Of a stretch of 64,000 bases of DNA, positions 51,860 to 60,702 are shown piece after piece. The DNA lies in the NCBI GenBank assembly GCA_964106645.2, contig CAXKZF020000230.1. One strand, given 5' to 3'. Below the pieces are notes generated by a model. The model was not told where the DNA came from. It made no database searches and worked only from the letters and a program-made list of their open reading frames with translations. Every line of letters begins with the position of its first letter. Within the stretch, counting starts at the first letter, position 1. Origin of the DNA: Podarcis pityusensis. Taxonomy: Eukaryota. The translations under genes and the position numbers were made by a program.

Positions 51860-52387
51860 ATGGTTCTAGCTGGAACAGGACATAGACCCGCAGACTTGCT
51901 CACAGTCGGTAAAGGCATCTACCGTGACTCGGGCTTGCTGGCTCGGCTCGACGAACGGCTTATCGATCTGGCGGTGGCAGCCCTGCGTCGCTATAAGCCC
52001 GAGCGGGTGATCAGCGGCATGGCTTTGGGGTGGGACATGGCCCTGGCAGACGCTGCCATTCGTGAGGGCATTCCACTCGTTGCCGCCATTCCCTTCGAGG
52101 GTCAGGAGGGCTGCTGGAGTGCCGACCAACAAGCGCGGTTCTGGCGGCTCCGGCGGGGGGCGACTGAGGTCGTGATCGTGTGCGAGGGCAGCTTTTCCCC
52201 GGCTTCGATGCAGCGCCGCAACGAGTACATGGTCGATTCGGCGGATTTGGTGCTGGCGCTGTGGTCCGGCAAGTCCGGCGGTACCGGAAATTGCGTTCGC
52301 TACGCTGAGTCGGTGGGTGCGCGGATCGTGAATGTCTACGGCGCGTTCGTGCGTCACTCGGGCTTGCCAGCAAGACCCCCGGAATAA
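51860..52387 (+). CDS. YspA/DUF1273-like SLOG protein
   Basis: TGHRP, ISGMALGWD, MQRRNEYMVD, SGGTGNCV. Confidence 0.9.
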   Translation: MVLAGTGHRPADLLTVGKGIYRDSGLLARLDERLIDLAVAALRRYKPERVISGMALGWDMALADAAIREGIPLVAAIPFEGQEGCWSADQQARFWRLRRGATEVVIVCEGSFSPASMQRRNEYMVDSADLVLALWSGKSGGTGNCVRYAESVGARIVNVYGAFVRHSGLPARPPE

Positions 52388-52435
52388 CTGGCGGTCATCC
52401 TTCTTCTTTCCCTCGGCCCTTTTCTGGAGGTCACC

Positions 52436-52879
52436 ATGAAACGCATCCTGTTCATCGCCCTACTGAGTCTGTTCGCGAGCGCCCACGCCCAACGCTTCTC
52501 CATCATCCCCTGCATCGGCTTCGAAGCGTCCTACGTCACGCCCCAGCCCAGCATGCTCATCCTGGGAGCACAACTCGGCTACGCCGAAGGCCCCTACCAG
52601 GTGAGAGTCGGTATCGAAACGAACCCCAGCATGGGAGAAGTGTCCCTGCAAGCTGACGTGGTCTACACCTTCTACGCCGGAACCGTTCAGGGTTACTTTG
52701 GCGCTGGCGGACACCAAATCTTCTACGGTGAAGGCGAAGAAGAACAGGGTGGTTACCTGATCGCGGGGTCGCGCTTTGTCAGCGGCCACGTCGCACCGTT
52801 CGCTGAGCTTCAGCCGGTGTTCCGGCTTGACAGTGGCTTTCGGTTACGGGTCATCAGCGGTGTAGAGTTCGCTTTCTAG
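52436..52879 (+). CDS. Small outer-membrane beta-barrel-like protein
   Basis: Signal peptide AHA, amphipathic strands, C-terminal Phe. Confidence 0.7.
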   Translation: MKRILFIALLSLFASAHAQRFSIIPCIGFEASYVTPQPSMLILGAQLGYAEGPYQVRVGIETNPSMGEVSLQADVVYTFYAGTVQGYFGAGGHQIFYGEGEEEQGGYLIAGSRFVSGHVAPFAELQPVFRLDSGFRLRVISGVEFAF

Positions 52880-53016
52880 CTCGATTTAGCCCAGCAACGC
52901 CCAAGGGGTACACCTTCTCTTTTGTCAAAGCACCCGTTTTCTCCCACCCCTGACGTGACAGGACCGGACACCTAAGTCTTTTCGGCAACAATTCAAAGCT
53001 CGCATACGCTATATCC

Positions 53017-53613
53017 ATGAATTCACGCCGTCTCGTTCAACTCACTGGCCTCGGCCTCATCCTGCTCTCCGGCGCGTACTTCACCTACGCTAACCTCACC
53101 AGAGGCAAGCCCTACGCCGTTACCGAGATCGACACACCCGCGCCCACCCTCGGAAGCACTAGCCCAAAAGTCATTCTCGTGGCCGACCTTGCGTGCCCCC
53201 ACTGCCGAGACTTCGACAGCGCCAAAGGCAAACGCCTTGAGCAGCAAGCCCGCTCAGGCGAAAGTCAACTCACGTACGTGCTCATCGCCCGTCAGGAAGG
53301 CGGTGACGTCGCTGGCAACGCCGCACTGTGCGCCTTCGAGCAGAACCCACAAGCCTTCTGGCCGTACAAGAGCGAGCTATACAAGCTCGAGCAGATCACA
53401 GCCGAAAGCGTCTTGAGTGCTGCGGCAACCCTCGACCTCGACCAGAGCACCCTGACCGAGTGCGTCGCGCAGCAGAAGCACGTGCAAACCCTCGAGCATA
53501 ATGAGCAACTTGTGCGGGACGCCGGAATTCAGGGAACACCCACCCTCATTGTGAACGGTCTCGCCCACCCCAACCCCAGTACCGCGACTGTCGTGGAGGT
53601 AACTGGTGAGTGA
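53017..53613 (+). CDS. DsbA/BdbD-like thioredoxin
   Basis: N-terminal TM, CPHC, GIQGTPTLIVNG. Confidence 0.9.
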   Translation: MNSRRLVQLTGLGLILLSGAYFTYANLTRGKPYAVTEIDTPAPTLGSTSPKVILVADLACPHCRDFDSAKGKRLEQQARSGESQLTYVLIARQEGGDVAGNAALCAFEQNPQAFWPYKSELYKLEQITAESVLSAAATLDLDQSTLTECVAQQKHVQTLEHNEQLVRDAGIQGTPTLIVNGLAHPNPSTATVVEVTGE

Positions 53614-53857
53614 CGCCACCCTCGAACTGCGCGACGTCACCACCCTCACCAATATCGCGCTGCTGTTCGCCTTTGAGAGCCTCAAACAGATGAGTGAAAC
53701 TGCCTTGCAGCAAGGACATGCGAAAGCCTCGCAGCTCTACATTGACAAGTGGCGCGAGGTGGAAGCAGAAGTTAAACGTAGAAAGCTGCAGGAACCCTAT
53801 TCGAGGCTCAAAGCGCTCGAAATGCACCTGCAGCTGCCACAGCGCATGACGAACTAA
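53606..53857 (+). CDS. Hypothetical helical protein
   Basis: GGAGG RBS; overlaps the end of the DsbA-like gene. Confidence 0.55.
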   Translation: MSDATLELRDVTTLTNIALLFAFESLKQMSETALQQGHAKASQLYIDKWREVEAEVKRRKLQEPYSRLKALEMHLQLPQRMTN

Positions 53858-53892
53858 CGTCGGGCTTAGTGTGATGCCCATATGCAGACAAG

Positions 53893-53917
53893 AAGACAGG
53901 GGGTCTACCCCTGTCTT
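53893..53917. terminator. Bidirectional terminator
   Basis: AAGACAGGGG-GTCTA-CCCCTGTCTT between convergent genes. Confidence 0.75.
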
Positions 53918-53926
53918 TGCTGGTGT

Positions 53927-54100
53927 CTAGGCGCTCACACTGCCTAAACGTTCAAGTTGCCGCGCCGCTCGCCACTTCGCCAGATAGTTTGTTGGGGAAT
54001 AACCCAGGCGGGTAGCGACTTCTTCAACGAAGAAGCCTACAGCCAAACCCAACATGACGGTGCTACCGAGCAACATGCCGTTCTCTAAAGCACAAAGCAT
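53927..54100 (-). CDS. 57-aa single-TM peptide (not in ORF track)
   Basis: AAGGAG RBS; MLCALENGMLLGSTVMLGLAVGFFVEEVATRLGYSPTNYLAKWRAARQLERLGSVSA*; terminator follows directly. Confidence 0.65.
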   Translation of the reverse strand: MLCALENGMLLGSTVMLGLAVGFFVEEVATRLGYSPTNYLAKWRAARQLERLGSVSA

Positions 54101-54217
54101 ACTCAACTCCTTCCATCCTGATGCTAAAAGCTACGCGCTTTTCTGCTGGAAAGACTTGCCAGCACGTGTTCTGCCCAAAATTTTTATGCCGCACTAGGCT
54201 TGGTTCAAGGAGACGGC

Positions 54218-54835
54218 ATGACCCAAGACCTTAGCCAACCTCTGCGACTGAATTACGTCATCCTTCTACTGCTCGATAACACGGCCCAGCCACCCACGTA
54301 TTGGGAGCTGGAGAAACAGCTCGAGGTAAGGCGCTGGATGGTCGCCGAGCAGACCCTAAGCCTTATCGCAACGCTCGAGTGGCTCCTGCACTCGGGTTAC
54401 GTCGAGGGCAGGCTACCTGAACACGGTGATGACCCAGGCGGCTTCTTTACTCTCACAGACAAAGGAACAGCCGAACTTTACCATCCCGGCAAGCTTTTCC
54501 TAACCCATACCTCCGAACCACACCAAACAAAACACCTGTTGCTCAAACGCTTGATCCTCGAGCGCCTCGCTGTGGAGGGACTCATGGGCGCATTGCAGCT
54601 TGTATGAAGCATCTCGATCTGCACGCACGAGCGCATCCGCCCCTGTATTGGGAGCCTCTACCCATCCCTGCGCCGTCTGCGCAAAGATAACCTGATTGCG
54701 TCTGCAAACCGCAGGCTGCCCGAGGGCAGCACATATACGTATTACCGTCTCACCGACGCTGGATTCGACGCGCTCTCAGAGCCCGAAAGACCCTGGCATC
54801 ATCCCCTAAGCCGCCACTTCCGGAGGATGTTGTGA
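54218..54835 (+). CDS. Tandem PadR-like winged-helix protein (frameshift near 54600)
   Basis: FFTLTDKG in domain 1; GSLYPSLRRL...YYRLTDAG in the shifted frame. Confidence 0.65.
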
Positions 54836-55434
54836 CCAGCAGCTTGCCCAATCCTGTTCCCGACGCACCCGGCCTCGTCGAGTACCGTGGTCTGGACGCA
54901 GTAGCAGAAGCCCGCCACTACCCTAGCCGCCTCGACATCAGAACCGTCGAATACGACACCAGCCCAGACAGGGCTGAACAGTACCTCGCTAAGGGCGGCA
55001 ATCCCGAGGACGTCCGCTTCCGACGCGGCATCGATCCTGACGCCGAAGACACTTTCGTCCTCGAGCAACTCCGCAAGGTCCCGGACTCCCTGGGTGACGC
55101 AGCGTGGCTCGAGACGTTCGAACCGGATATCGAGTTAGGCATGGACGTGCTCCTGGCAAGCGTTGAGCGACTCGTAGGGAAAGGGGTGCTCGAGTACGTC
55201 GGGCGTGAGCGAGGAAAACACGCGACTGTGCGCTTCGTCGATCCTGCCGACGTGCCCCCGACCGCCGCAGAAGTCGAGTATGCCCTCGGCACGTTCTTCG
55301 AGGTGCTCAATGATCCTGAAGGTTCAGGATTCATCAGCCTGGGGGACGCCCGCCGTTTGTTCTTGCGTGCCCTCATTGCTACTGACCCGCGCACTCGTGA
55401 TACGCGCCAAAATGCACGTAATTTAAGGGTCTAG
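54832..55434 (+). CDS. Hypothetical protein (possible C-terminal winged helix)
   Basis: GGAGG RBS, coupled start, SVERLVGKGVLEY. Confidence 0.6.
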   Translation: MTSSLPNPVPDAPGLVEYRGLDAVAEARHYPSRLDIRTVEYDTSPDRAEQYLAKGGNPEDVRFRRGIDPDAEDTFVLEQLRKVPDSLGDAAWLETFEPDIELGMDVLLASVERLVGKGVLEYVGRERGKHATVRFVDPADVPPTAAEVEYALGTFFEVLNDPEGSGFISLGDARRLFLRALIATDPRTRDTRQNARNLRV

Positions 55435-55442
55435 ACTGGCCC

Positions 55443-55688
55443 ATGAAAGCGCGCGTCACCTTTCAGGACAATCTCTTTAGCCCCCAGCGGGTCGTAGAGC
55501 GCACGCTGGACAGTGGCACCATCTTGCAACTCACGCTCGAACCCCTACCGGGAGAGCGCGTGCGCGTCATTCAGTACCGGCGAAAAGCCAAGGGAGAACG
55601 GTGGGTGACCGTCAAGGCCGAGGCGGGAAGAACGGTCGCGTGGAACCAGCTTGGCTTGGGGATGAGGTTCGATGAAGTTTTTGCTTGA
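55443..55688 (+). CDS. Hypothetical basic beta-rich protein
   Basis: 81-aa ORF in operon order. Confidence 0.6.
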   Translation: MKARVTFQDNLFSPQRVVERTLDSGTILQLTLEPLPGERVRVIQYRRKAKGERWVTVKAEAGRTVAWNQLGLGMRFDEVFA

Positions 55689-55916
55689 CTGATAGATCTG
55701 GTTTCGCGTGGCGCAAGAACGGACTGGGGAGGCGATAGCCAGGCATGATGATGTTGGACGCGCATTGAGTGAGCAACCCCCACCCTGGTCCCAGTCCGTG
55801 TGGGCAGGCTCGTTGCTGAAGTCGCCTCCGGTTTTTCCCCAGACACCCGTCATCCCTCCCACTCGGCGACTCCAATAATGGAGTAGAGTTGTTACGGAAT
55901 AGGAGTGCATCCTAAA

Positions 55917-56372
55917 ATGACGCTTAACGCCCCTACCTTCACCCCCACCCGCCCGCGAAAAGGTTTGCCGGGCACGCAGGCTCTCGAGATTGAGGCCAGA
56001 AATGAAGTTCAACTTGTCGAAGCCCTGACCAATGGCCTCAAGCCAGAGAGTGCGGAACGACTGGCAAGATACCTTGATTTGAGCTTAACCGAACTGCTCG
56101 AGCTGACGGGCATCAAGAGCAGCACCTATCATGACCGGAAAAAGCGGAGGAGACCTTTATCCTCAGAAGAGTCGGAACGTCTCTACCGTTTGGCCAAGGT
56201 GGCCGAGACGGCAGAAGCCTATTTTGAAGATAAGACCGCTGCAAGGCGTTGGCTGGCGCATCCGAAGGTTGCCCTCGGAGGCAAGGCCCCGCTGGCATTC
56301 GGGCGCACTGCCGAGGGCGCCGCTTACGTGCTGGCGTTACTCGGACGGATGGCGTACGGGGTTATCTCCTGA
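55917..56372 (+). CDS. Xre/MbcA/ParS antitoxin
   Basis: LSSEESERLYRLA, ARRWL.HP..ALGG.AP, YGV end. Confidence 0.92.
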   Translation: MTLNAPTFTPTRPRKGLPGTQALEIEARNEVQLVEALTNGLKPESAERLARYLDLSLTELLELTGIKSSTYHDRKKRRRPLSSEESERLYRLAKVAETAEAYFEDKTAARRWLAHPKVALGGKAPLAFGRTAEGAAYVLALLGRMAYGVIS

Positions 56373-56873
56373 GGACGGTCAGCGCGTTCCGGATCAGCGA
56401 CGCACGCTACCAGGACAGCACCCTCTCAGGCATAGGGGCTTACCTTTACGGCGGTCGCTGGAACAGTCCAGGGCAGTACGTCGTGTATGCCAGTGGGAAA
56501 CCTCAGCCTAGCCATGCTCGAGGTGCTCGTGCATATCGACGACGCGGAGGCGTTCGCCAGCCAGGCCCACGTCTATCAGCGCTTACGCTTTGATGAGACG
56601 CAAATAGCCGTGCTCGATCAGGACGTTTTACCAACGGACTGGAATGCCCGTCCCGAGACGTTCGAGACGCAAAGCATAGGGGATGAATGGGTCGCACGCC
56701 AAGAGACCCCTGTCCTGGCGGTACCCAGTGTTGTCGTGCCAAAAGCCCTGCGTTTTGAGCAGGCGTATCTGAATTACCTTGTGAACCCGCACCACCCTGA
56801 TTTCGCAACTGAGATCGAGGTTGGTGAGCTTGGCGTTCTGGATTGGGATCCACGGTTTACCCAAAGACGCTGA
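56369..56873 (+). CDS. RES-domain toxin (frameshift near 56500)
   Basis: SGIGA..GGRWNSPG..VVYAS | LSLAMLEVLVH, VPSVVVP, NYLVNP.HPDF. Confidence 0.9.
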
Positions 56874-56943
56874 GGCTGGGGGTCCGTAAAGGTGCTTAAA
56901 GGTCTAACCTGGACGTACAGCTAGTGGGCTCACCAGCGCCGCG

Positions 56944-57345
56944 TTAGGCACTGGCAACTTCTGACGTCATCACCCAGCCACTTGGCCCAATAGCACCTTG
57001 CTGAAGCAACACCGAACGGCAAACAGCCAACGGGAAGGTCTCGGCTTCTGAGAGGCTGCGCCAGCCATGCTGCAAAAGGAGATCGTCCGATGTTTCCTCC
57101 GGCTCGACCTCGAGAAAACCCAAATAGCCTATCGGCGGCTCTTCTGGCAAGATGCCCCGGGCAGCGAAGAAGTGCGAGTGGTTGGGTTCGTGCATGGGAA
57201 TGACCTCGAGCCCAACCTCCTTGGCTAGAGCTTTGGCGGTCGCCTTATCTGTAGAGTAGGGGAGAGGCTCACCCGTCTTCCCCAGCAGCGCGTGAATGCG
57301 CGCATCCGTTTCCCGGCAAGCCATGACCTCGTGCTCGAATACCAT
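56944..57345 (-). CDS. Hypothetical protein resembling the phage ABA-sandwich domain
   Basis: PYSTD..TA...A and AETFPLAVCR motifs; 10 bp downstream of dnaE2. Confidence 0.55.
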   Translation of the reverse strand: MVFEHEVMACRETDARIHALLGKTGEPLPYSTDKATAKALAKEVGLEVIPMHEPNHSHFFAARGILPEEPPIGYLGFLEVEPEETSDDLLLQHGWRSLSEAETFPLAVCRSVLLQQGAIGPSGWVMTSEVASA

Positions 57346-57355
57346 TTCGCACTCC

Positions 57356-60300
57356 TCAATCTAAAAGTAGCCGTCCCGCAAACGGATCGATAATCCTCTC
57401 GGCCCGCAGCGTCCAGGCTTTACCACGCTTCTCGAGCCAGCCTGCGACCAAGAGCACCCGCACCGACACCATCATTGCCCGGTGCGTCTCGCCCATCTCC
57501 GGCGAGATAATGACCTGGCAGCGATCTGGACCATCTTCGATGTCGAAGAAGGCGTAGCCCTTAGCGGTCGGCGGTTTCTGCTTAACGACGACCTGCCCCA
57601 CCGTGGTGACGTAGCCATCCTTGAGCTTCATCATCGGCGTCGCGCCGAGCGCGGTAAGCTCTTGCCTCATCAGGTCGATGGGATGGACACCCCACTCGTT
57701 CATGCTCTTTAGCGCGTAATCCCAAACGATCCGCTCCTTGATACCGAGTTCCGGCAGGGGTGGCGTCTCCGGAAACGCCGAGAGTAGGGGCTTCTGGGCA
57801 GGGGGCTGGATGTTGACGAGCGCCCCGAGCTGATAGAGGGCGTCACGGCGCTTTTGCAGCCTGTCGAAGGCCCCTGCACGCACGAGCGCCCCTAGTACGT
57901 CTTCGTCGAGTCTCACTCTTTCAAAGAGGTCTTTGACACCTGTGTAGGGTCCGTACTCGAGACGCTCCAGAACGATCTTCCGGGCCGTCTCGGTGGTTAC
58001 AGGCTTCACACTTGTCAGCGGCACCCGGATGGACTTGCTGCCGCCCGGATCGCGTTCGGTACTAAAACTCATCCCTGAAAGGTTGATGTCGAGGTGGGCG
58101 ATCCCCACACCTTTGGCTTTGACATCTTGCGTAAGCGACGATCTAGGCCACATCCCCGGCTCCTCCGTCAGAATCGCTGAAAAATACTCAGCGGGAAAGT
58201 GGTAACGCAGCCAGGCCGAGGTGTAAGCGTGCATCCCGAAGGCCCACGCATGGCTCTCGGCGAAGCCGTAGCCGCGAAAGGTGGCGCACATGGCGAACAC
58301 GCCGGTCGCCTCTGACTCCGTGAGACCCGACTTGCTTTTGCACCCCGTGATAAAGCGCTTCCTGTCATCTTCGATCTCCCAGTCCTCTTCATACGAAGCC
58401 ACCTTTTTGCGGAACGCTTCGGCCTCGGTCCACGAGAAACCCGCGACCTGCGTGGCGATCCTCAAAACGTCCTCCTGAAACAGCAACACCCCGTAGGACT
58501 TCTCAAGGATTGGCTCGAGGCTCTTGTGAATATAGGTCACGGGCTCGAGGCCCTTCTTGCGTTTGACGTAGGGCTGCACCGTGCCGCTCTGAATCGGGCC
58601 GGGGCGGATGAGCGCCACCTGATGCGCGAGGTCTTTGAAGCTCGTAGGCTGGACATCGACGGTGATGTGGGTCTGGGCGGGCGACTCGATCTGAAAAATG
58701 CCCATCGTGTCCCCGGCGCGGATGCTGCCCCATACCTTAGGGTCGTCGGGCAGGTTGCCCAGCTCGAGCCAGTTGTGTTCAATCCGGAAGACCTCCTCAC
58801 GACACCTCTCGAACACGCCGAGCATCCGGAGTCCCAGCAGGTCGAGCTTGATGAGGCCCAGTGCTTCACTGTCATCCTTATTAAACTGGATGAGCCTTAT
58901 CCCCCCCTTGGAGCGTTGCCGCGGGCTGTAGTGCGATAGCGAGGTCTTGGAGAGAATCACGCCTCCGGAATGCGGGGTGATGTGCCGCACCGTGCCCTTC
59001 TCGAGCCCCTCCAAAAGCCTTATCAGCACGGGCTTGATGGGCGCGTTCTGCAACACCGCGTCGAAGATCTCTTGCGCTTTTCTGGCTTTGTGAGGCCGGT
59101 GGCTGCGAAAGTCCCGACCCAGCTTCTCGGTAAGCTCGTCGCGCCACACCTTCGGGATGCCGAGACCTCGCCCCAAGTCCTGCACCGCCGAGGGCAGCTT
59201 GTAGGTCTGACGGTTGCAGACCATAGCGTGCGTGTTCTGCCCAAACCGTCGTTCGGCCCAGGCCAGCACCTCGTCTCGCCGGGAGGAGCCGATGTCGATG
59301 TCTACATCGGGTAAGCTCGTCCTCCCCGTGTGCAAAAACCTCTCGAAGAGGAGATCGTGCTCGATGGGGTCTACGGTCGTAATCCCCAGCAAGTAGCAGG
59401 TGACCGACGCAGCGGCGCTCCCCCTTCCCGACGCGACGATGCCATGACTGCGACAGTAGTCGGTAATCTCGGCGGCAAGGAGGAAAAACTCGCTGAGGCC
59501 CAGCGACTTCATGGTGACGAGCTCTTGCTCGAGGCGCGTTTTCGCTGCCGAGAAGTTGGTATTGGCGTACTTCTCGCTCAGGGCGGTATAGAGGCGCTCG
59601 TCGAGGTATTGATCTAAAGTCGAACCTTCAGGGACACGGGCGGGCGGCGGTATGAGGCGCTGGGCAAGCAGGTCGAGGGCGCAACTCTGCGCGATGACCT
59701 GGGCGTTCTGGAGGCCATCGGGGAAGGGCAGCGGGTGCCGGGGGAGCCGTTTCCATTCCTCCGGGTCGGGGATGTGATGGCGGTCGTTGCGAGGCCGCAG
59801 CGGGTGAAACTCGTAGATGGTGATGCCGAGCCGTCCACACACCAATGTGTCGTAGATGGAAAACATGTCCGGCGTAGCGTAGCGCACCTCGGGAGCCGAG
59901 ACGACGGGTAGCCCTCTGTTCGGATAGTGCGCAAAGTCGCGCAGCTTGCGGATGATGAGCCCGTCGTCGGGGTCGGCGTTATAGGAAAGCTGCATGTAGA
60001 GCCGTTCGGGAAATGCCCCTTTGAGCGCGTCGGTGATGTCTTCTAAGTCGTAGAGCTTCCGGGCCGTCATCAGCCGTGTAGGAAAGCCTTGACGCCCCCC
60101 GGTGAGGCAGAGGAGCCCTTCGGTGTGGGCGAGCAGGACAGGCAGCGTCACCGTCTTGTCCTTGGCTTCATGCACTACCGTCAGCAGGTCGCAGAGCACT
60201 TCGTAGCCGCGCCGGTTCTGGGCGATGAGCACCAGCGGATAGGTTGTTTTGCGATACTCCACGGTAATGGTCGCGCCGACGAGCACCTTGACGCCATATT

Positions 60301-60463
60301 TGCGCCCTGCCTGCTGTGCTTCCACAGCCCCGTAGACGCCATTCTGGTCCGCTAAGACGACAGCGGGGTAACTCAGCTCCGCCGCCCTTTCAATGAGCCG
60401 CGTCGGGCTCGAGACCCCCGTACCGAAGGTGAAGTAGCTGTAGAGAATCGGCAGGGGACGCAT
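57356..60463 (-). CDS. dnaE2: Error-prone DNA polymerase III alpha (DnaE2/ImuC)
   Basis: PHP domain, GRGSAAAS, PDVDID, KLDLLGL, FQIES, YGFAESHA, OB fold QKPPTAKG. Confidence 0.95.
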   Translation of the reverse strand: MRPLPILYSYFTFGTGVSSPTRLIERAAELSYPAVVLADQNGVYGAVEAQQAGRKYGVKVLVGATITVEYRKTTYPLVLIAQNRRGYEVLCDLLTVVHEAKDKTVTLPVLLAHTEGLLCLTGGRQGFPTRLMTARKLYDLEDITDALKGAFPERLYMQLSYNADPDDGLIIRKLRDFAHYPNRGLPVVSAPEVRYATPDMFSIYDTLVCGRLGITIYEFHPLRPRNDRHHIPDPEEWKRLPRHPLPFPDGLQNAQVIAQSCALDLLAQRLIPPPARVPEGSTLDQYLDERLYTALSEKYANTNFSAAKTRLEQELVTMKSLGLSEFFLLAAEITDYCRSHGIVASGRGSAAASVTCYLLGITTVDPIEHDLLFERFLHTGRTSLPDVDIDIGSSRRDEVLAWAERRFGQNTHAMVCNRQTYKLPSAVQDLGRGLGIPKVWRDELTEKLGRDFRSHRPHKARKAQEIFDAVLQNAPIKPVLIRLLEGLEKGTVRHITPHSGGVILSKTSLSHYSPRQRSKGGIRLIQFNKDDSEALGLIKLDLLGLRMLGVFERCREEVFRIEHNWLELGNLPDDPKVWGSIRAGDTMGIFQIESPAQTHITVDVQPTSFKDLAHQVALIRPGPIQSGTVQPYVKRKKGLEPVTYIHKSLEPILEKSYGVLLFQEDVLRIATQVAGFSWTEAEAFRKKVASYEEDWEIEDDRKRFITGCKSKSGLTESEATGVFAMCATFRGYGFAESHAWAFGMHAYTSAWLRYHFPAEYFSAILTEEPGMWPRSSLTQDVKAKGVGIAHLDINLSGMSFSTERDPGGSKSIRVPLTSVKPVTTETARKIVLERLEYGPYTGVKDLFERVRLDEDVLGALVRAGAFDRLQKRRDALYQLGALVNIQPPAQKPLLSAFPETPPLPELGIKERIVWDYALKSMNEWGVHPIDLMRQELTALGATPMMKLKDGYVTTVGQVVVKQKPPTAKGYAFFDIEDGPDRCQVIISPEMGETHRAMMVSVRVLLVAGWLEKRGKAWTLRAERIIDPFAGRLLLD

Positions 60464-60702
60464 CAGTCGGAGATCCGCGAGAGCGTCCAGGCGTCACCCG
60501 ATTTATAAACTTCCCAGATGTCGCCCGTCTCGAGTTCGACCTGGTAGTAGTCCCTGGGCAGTTCATCCAGCCACCACGCGCCCCCCGCTCGCCAGGAGTC
60601 GAGGATCCGCGTGACCGTAACGGTATCCCTGGGTCCCTTAAGCCCGCACGGGTGTCCGTTCTCGTTCTCGATGATGTTGACCGCTGTCATCATGAGTTTC
60701 AC
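60463..60702 (-). CDS. Small ImuB C-terminal-like (DUF6504-like) protein
   Basis: ILDSWRAGGAWW..RDYYQVE..W; lies between imuB and dnaE2. Confidence 0.75.
   Translation of the reverse strand: MKLMMTAVNIIENENGHPCGLKGPRDTVTVTRILDSWRAGGAWWLDELPRDYYQVELETGDIWEVYKSGDAWTLSRISD

Noticed and set aside
48790-51860. CRISPR array or integron attC array
   Set aside because: No conserved direct-repeat sequence, no regular spacing, no RYYYAAC/GTTRRRY cores, and no cas or intI gene in the window.
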